DNA from: an uncultured Gammaproteobacteria bacterium
Lineage (GTDB): Bacteria > Patescibacteriota > Patescibacteriia > Magasanikbacterales > UBA922
DNA: 58,896 nucleotides
Direction: 5' to 3'
NCBI GenBank assembly: GCA_964612105.1
Contig: CAZTEU010000004.1
Location: 1 to 58,896 of the forward strand
Numbering within the stretch: position 1 is the stretch's first letter; every line of letters begins with the position of its first letter. A program made the position numbers and the translations under genes. The notes below the pieces were generated by a model. The model saw only the letters and a list, made by a program, of their open reading frames with translations. It was not told where the DNA came from and searched no databases. This document shows, in pieces, positions 55,615 through 58,896 of the stretch.

Positions 55615-56026
55615 AAATAAAAAGGCGACGTACGCCCTAAGATAATTTCTGGCGAGTCGCCTTTATATCCTAGGGAACAGGTAAGTGCAGAACTATGTTC
55701 TGCAATACTATGATTTCGCTAGGATAAACCCACCTTCCGTTCCATGGTGTAGATTCTCGATGGATCAGCGCGAAGCATGAGCCACATATAGTGAGAAAGC
55801 ACCGTTTTCCTGTTCGCTTCGAAGTTTTTGCATTTATTTTTGTTTTGGTAGGTTTTTGCGGGGAGCTGCCGAGAAGTGGCGCTCAACCCTTACCCAAGGC
55901 CCCAGCACGTATAATAAACATGCTATAAAGTGAACAGGAGAGTGGGAATAGAATTGGTGGGTAGTCATGTTGCTTACGATAACTCGTAGGCAACTGACCA
56001 ATATGTAATGAGCGAATCACTTACCT
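55615..56026 (-). ncRNA. Candidate large structured RNA (about 410 nt) or structured small-peptide mRNA
   Basis: TTGACA-17-TATTAT promoter (56031-56059); 5'-end/3'-region 9-bp complementarity; many stems; terminator at 55615-55664. Confidence 0.55.
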
Positions 56027-56126
56027 ATATATAATACCACATTTTTTCGGTTTTGTCAATATTAGGGGTTTTTTGGCTAATTTTAGCTGCAAAACAGCCT
56101 TTTTTAGTAATTTTTTTGTATAGATT

Positions 56127-56264
56127 TGTGTATACAAACACAGAAAAAGTGGATAAATGTGGAAAAGTTATCCACAATTTGGCTAACCTACCCACAGAGT
56201 TATCCACAATGTATAGAGTAGTGTATACAAATAGACGCAATATTTGTGGATTTTCAGTGGAAAA
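56127..56264. promoter_or_regulatory. Second DnaA-box cluster
   Basis: Perfect TTATCCACA at 56168 and 56200; near-consensus boxes at 56127, 56148, 56158, 56188, 56245 and 56256. Confidence 0.8.
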
Positions 56265-56286
56265 CATGATTATTTTCTGTGAAAAC

Positions 56287-56363
56287 AAAAAATAGCCAAT
56301 ATTTGGCTACTTTTCTCCTCCCCCGACCCCGTATGTGTTGTACAAGGTCGGAGAAAACCCCTT
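56287..56363 (-). repeat. Duplicated 3' module, copy 1
   Basis: 56287-56328 matches 56904-56945 at 41 of 42 nt; CTCCGACC...GGTCGGGG hairpin plus TAGCCA/TGGCTA terminator. Confidence 0.85.
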
Positions 56364-56371
56364 GAAAAGAG

Positions 56372-56584
56372 CTATTTGTTGAGCCTGCTACACTTCTGAC
56401 AGAAGAAGAGGGCTTTTTGCCCTTCATCAGTGTACACCGATGTGACTGACAAATATGTGCCCCCACAGCCGACATGTCCGCATCTGTTTCCCTTCAGAAA
56501 CTCAGGTATGGACGAGAAGATGACAGGAGGGGGCTGCGGCAGGTCTTTTGGCGCTCTTGGTCCGTTCGAAACTTCGTTTACCAT
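56372..56584 (-). CDS. Small Zn-ribbon-like protein, paralog 1
   Basis: SD CAGGAG; CGHVGC...TDEG.KAL.FCQKC. Confidence 0.75.
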   Translation of the reverse strand: MVNEVSNGPRAPKDLPQPPPVIFSSIPEFLKGNRCGHVGCGGTYLSVTSVYTDEGQKALFFCQKCSRLNK

Positions 56585-56602
56585 GACTTCTCCTGTGTTC
56601 GT

Positions 56603-56806
56603 TCAGTTGGAGTAGGATCCGCATCGTCTGCAGAAGGAAAGTGATCGTGGGCCGTGGTCTGTCTCCACGACACGCACTTCCAATACACGGTTGTGGCAAC
56701 CGGTTTCGCCACACTCTCTCCTGCCACCAAACTTCCTGAGTCTTTTGACAAGAGAAAGCTTGAGCACTCTGCTTTCTGGAATCTTCTTCGCTGTGGACTG
56801 GCTCAC
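56603..56806 (-). CDS. Small Zn-ribbon-like protein, paralog 2
   Basis: SD GGAGGAG with GTG start; CGETGC...TDHG.RSL.FCRRC; promoter TTGACT-17-TATATT. Confidence 0.72.
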   Translation of the reverse strand: MSQSTAKKIPESRVLKLSLVKRLRKFGGRRECGETGCHNRVLEVRVVETDHGPRSLSFCRRCGSYSN

Positions 56807-56903
56807 GACTCCTCCCCACCCAAAAGGGCGTTAGCGTTATAAAATAGAACCTAAATTAATATATAGCACACACCCCAAATAGTCAATGGTTGTTTAATTA
56901 ATA

Positions 56904-56976
56904 AAAAAATAGCCAATATTTGGCTACTTTTCTCCTCCTCCGACCAGTACTGTGTACATGGTCGGAGAACACTCCA
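56904..56976 (-). repeat. Duplicated 3' module, copy 2
   Basis: CTCCGACCA...TGGTCGGAG stem plus a terminator identical to copy 1. Confidence 0.85.
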
Positions 56977-56981
56977 AAAGA

Positions 56982-57197
56982 TCATCTGTTGTACCTCTTG
57001 CAGTCAACACAGAAAGGAAGAGCTTTTGCTCCTACGTCTGTGAGGACAATGCTGGGCACAAGATTGGGGCCACCACACTCCTTATGGCCACATCTTCTGC
57101 CAATAAGGTAGTTTGGAAGACTGCTAAGAACAACTGGTCGCACTTTTTTTGGGACAAACCCGCCAAACCTGAGCTTTTCTACAGATTTCTTGCCCAC
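56982..57197 (-). CDS. Small Zn-ribbon-like protein, paralog 3
   Basis: SD GGAGGG with GTG start; CGHKEC...TDVG.KAL.FCVDC. Confidence 0.75.
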   Translation of the reverse strand: MGKKSVEKLRFGGFVPKKVRPVVLSSLPNYLIGRRCGHKECGGPNLVPSIVLTDVGAKALPFCVDCKRYNR

Positions 57198-57370
57198 GTT
57201 TCCCTCCAGAGCAAAGGTGTTGTAATCTCATGCCTGCCTTACTTCGTTCTATATTAAAAAAATACAGCAACACTGTTCTTTTGTCAATTAGAGTAGAGAA
57301 GGTTGACAAAAAGTCCAAAATATTGCTAAGGTCTTGTTGCCAAAAGAAAAACAAACAAGGAGGAAAGAAG

Positions 57371-58438
57371 ATGAGCATACGAGCATATGTTCTCAACACA
57401 GGTGGGACACTCGGTATGGTCGGAAAACCTCTCCGCCCCGCCAAATCCGCCGACGAACTGCTCGAGGGAATCAAAATCCCCCAAGGCATCACTCTCACGC
57501 TCGAGGACTTCCCGCTCCGGCAGGACTCGACCAATATCAACCACAGAGATCGTGTGGAGATGGGGCGTCTGGTGCAGACGAACTACGACTCCCACGATGC
57601 TTTCATCTTGCTTCATGGGACGGACAGCTTGTCGGAGACGTGTGCGTTTCTGTCCATGTCGCTCAACATATCCCTGCAGAAACCTCTGTTCGTAATTGGT
57701 GCGCAGGTGTCCAAAGGAAAAGCTGGGTCCGACGTGCCAATGCAAATTGCCAACTCCCTGCGTGTCGCGAAAGCATTTGTACGCAATGAAGTTGTTGGTG
57801 TGTACACTGTGTGTGTCGGTGCGGTACTGGACGGTTCTCGTGTGCGTAAGCGCAACGATTCGGACTTCAACGCATTCCACACGCCCGGTCGGTATCCCAT
57901 CGCCCAGGCATGGCCACACGTCCTGATTATGCCGAATGCGAGGAAGTTGGATGTACGCAGGTCTGTACTTGGACTCAATCTTGAAGACAGATTCGAGACA
58001 GACGTGGTAACCATCAAGGTGACCGCGGACACTCCGCCGTACGTCCTGACATCTCTCATTGCGTATGGTGAGATTAAGGGAGTGATCATCGAGTGCATGG
58101 GTGCGGGTAACATTCCAAATCGCAAGTGGGGGTCTGGCGAAAAAGCCACGTCATGGATTCATGCAATCCAGATGGCAACAGAAGCCGGGGTTCATGTCGG
58201 CATTCTGTCCCCGTTCGAGGACGGGCGGGTCAACCTGGATCGTTACGAGCTCGGCGCAGAAGCCAAGAGAGCAGGAGCGCTTAGTCTCGAGAGCCTAACC
58301 CCTGCCATGGCCGACGCCAAGTTCCGCATGGCGATTGCTCGTCATCCGAAGAATCCAGACAGGATTCAGAAGTTTCTCTCAACAGATCTGGTCGGTGAAC
58401 TTCTGCCCGGTGTCGAGGACGAAGAAGGCGACGAGTAG
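57371..58438 (+). CDS. L-asparaginase-family protein (type I-like), GC-rich
   Basis: NTGGTLGM, DST, HGTDS, GAQ, R.RK...AF, G.GN; SD AAGGAGG; promoter TTGACA-18-TAAGGT. Confidence 0.9.
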   Translation: MSIRAYVLNTGGTLGMVGKPLRPAKSADELLEGIKIPQGITLTLEDFPLRQDSTNINHRDRVEMGRLVQTNYDSHDAFILLHGTDSLSETCAFLSMSLNISLQKPLFVIGAQVSKGKAGSDVPMQIANSLRVAKAFVRNEVVGVYTVCVGAVLDGSRVRKRNDSDFNAFHTPGRYPIAQAWPHVLIMPNARKLDVRRSVLGLNLEDRFETDVVTIKVTADTPPYVLTSLIAYGEIKGVIIECMGAGNIPNRKWGSGEKATSWIHAIQMATEAGVHVGILSPFEDGRVNLDRYELGAEAKRAGALSLESLTPAMADAKFRMAIARHPKNPDRIQKFLSTDLVGELLPGVEDEEGDE

Positions 58439-58445
58439 TAGCAAC

Positions 58446-58544
58446 AAAGGAGAACAAACTCCGAACCACAAATGTGGTGTCCGCACGGACAACGCACTGG
58501 GAGGTTCGGGGACATCAAAAGAGCACCTATAAAGGTGTTTTTTT
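58446..58544 (+). terminator. 3' module: CTCCGAACC...GGTTCGGGG hairpin plus terminator
   Basis: AAAGGAGA tract, stem 58459-58467/58503-58511, then AAAAGAGCACC...GGTGTTTTTTT. Confidence 0.75.
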
Positions 58545-58648
58545 GATTAGTAAACGAATCGTTTACTAATACACATAAAATACAGACTTAGTTTGCTCTA
58601 ATACACCATATTTGGGTTAATACCCACATAATTATTAATAGGAGGAAT

Positions 58649-58896
58649 ATGAATAAAAAAAACTTCTTTCTTGCCTGCACACTATTTTGCACTTCTTTGG
58701 TCCCAATAGGCGCAAAGACAGAAACAACATCCACAATACCTTTCGAGTGTATTCCTTTTTTAACAAACCAAGATACTGTAGAAACATCTACTACCTCAAC
58801 AAAAAAAACTGAGATAGCAATTCCGCCACTCCCAACAACAATTGTAATAAACGAAGCCTTTCCAAACCCTGTTGGTAGTGATAATGAGAACGAGTT
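58649..58896 (+). CDS. Secreted lamin-tail-domain protein (truncated by the window end)
   Basis: Signal peptide, then IVINEAFPNPVGSD..NE, the start of a lamin-tail domain. Confidence 0.75.
   Translation, partial: MNKKNFFLACTLFCTSLVPIGAKTETTSTIPFECIPFLTNQDTVETSTTSTKKTEIAIPPLPTTIVINEAFPNPVGSDNENE

Noticed and set aside
55615-56026. tmRNA or RNase P RNA
   Set aside because: AATAAATGCAAAA resembles a tmRNA resume context, but that frame runs more than 50 codons without an Ala-Ala end and no tRNA-like domain is visible. The RNase P motifs GAGGAAAGTCC and CAGAACCCGGCTTA are absent.
56025-56295. ORFs across the DnaA-box cluster
   Set aside because: They have no translation signals, and their composition is dictated by the repeated boxes.
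1-58896. Recoded genetic code (TGA=Gly)
   Set aside because: Conserved genes are full length in code 11, and TGA acts as a stop (for example yidD, the antitoxin and the permease).

Overview
A low-GC chromosomal segment from what looks like a Patescibacteria (CPR) genome, most resembling the ABY1/Parcubacteria type. The taxonomy is an inference from the tandem VirB2/TrbC-like pilins, the mostly SD-less AT-rich gene starts and the gene content. The window spans the replication origin (dnaN-oriC-dnaA-rpmH-rnpA-yidD). It also holds housekeeping genes (polA, tig, ychF, rpsF-ssb-rpsR, rpsT, holA, lspA, rmuC, PBP1A), a CsoR metal-homeostasis operon, a split class III ribonucleotide reductase, a PAS-ECF sigma fusion, a 13-gene pilin array, two tRNAs and a RelBE-type toxin-antitoxin pair. 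The most unusual signal is a dispersed class of small self-contained transcription units that differ from the rest of the genome. They have GC-rich coding sequence, strong Shine-Dalgarno sites and usually their own sigma70 promoter. Five of them end in the same 3' module: an AAGGRG-like tract, a CCGA...TCGG hairpin, 6-7 nt, AAAA and an intrinsic terminator. Three further promoter-to-terminator units of similar design lack a convincing ORF and are candidate structured ncRNAs; one lies beside a second DnaA-box cluster. All calls come from reading the sequence by eye; no database search or folding program was run.
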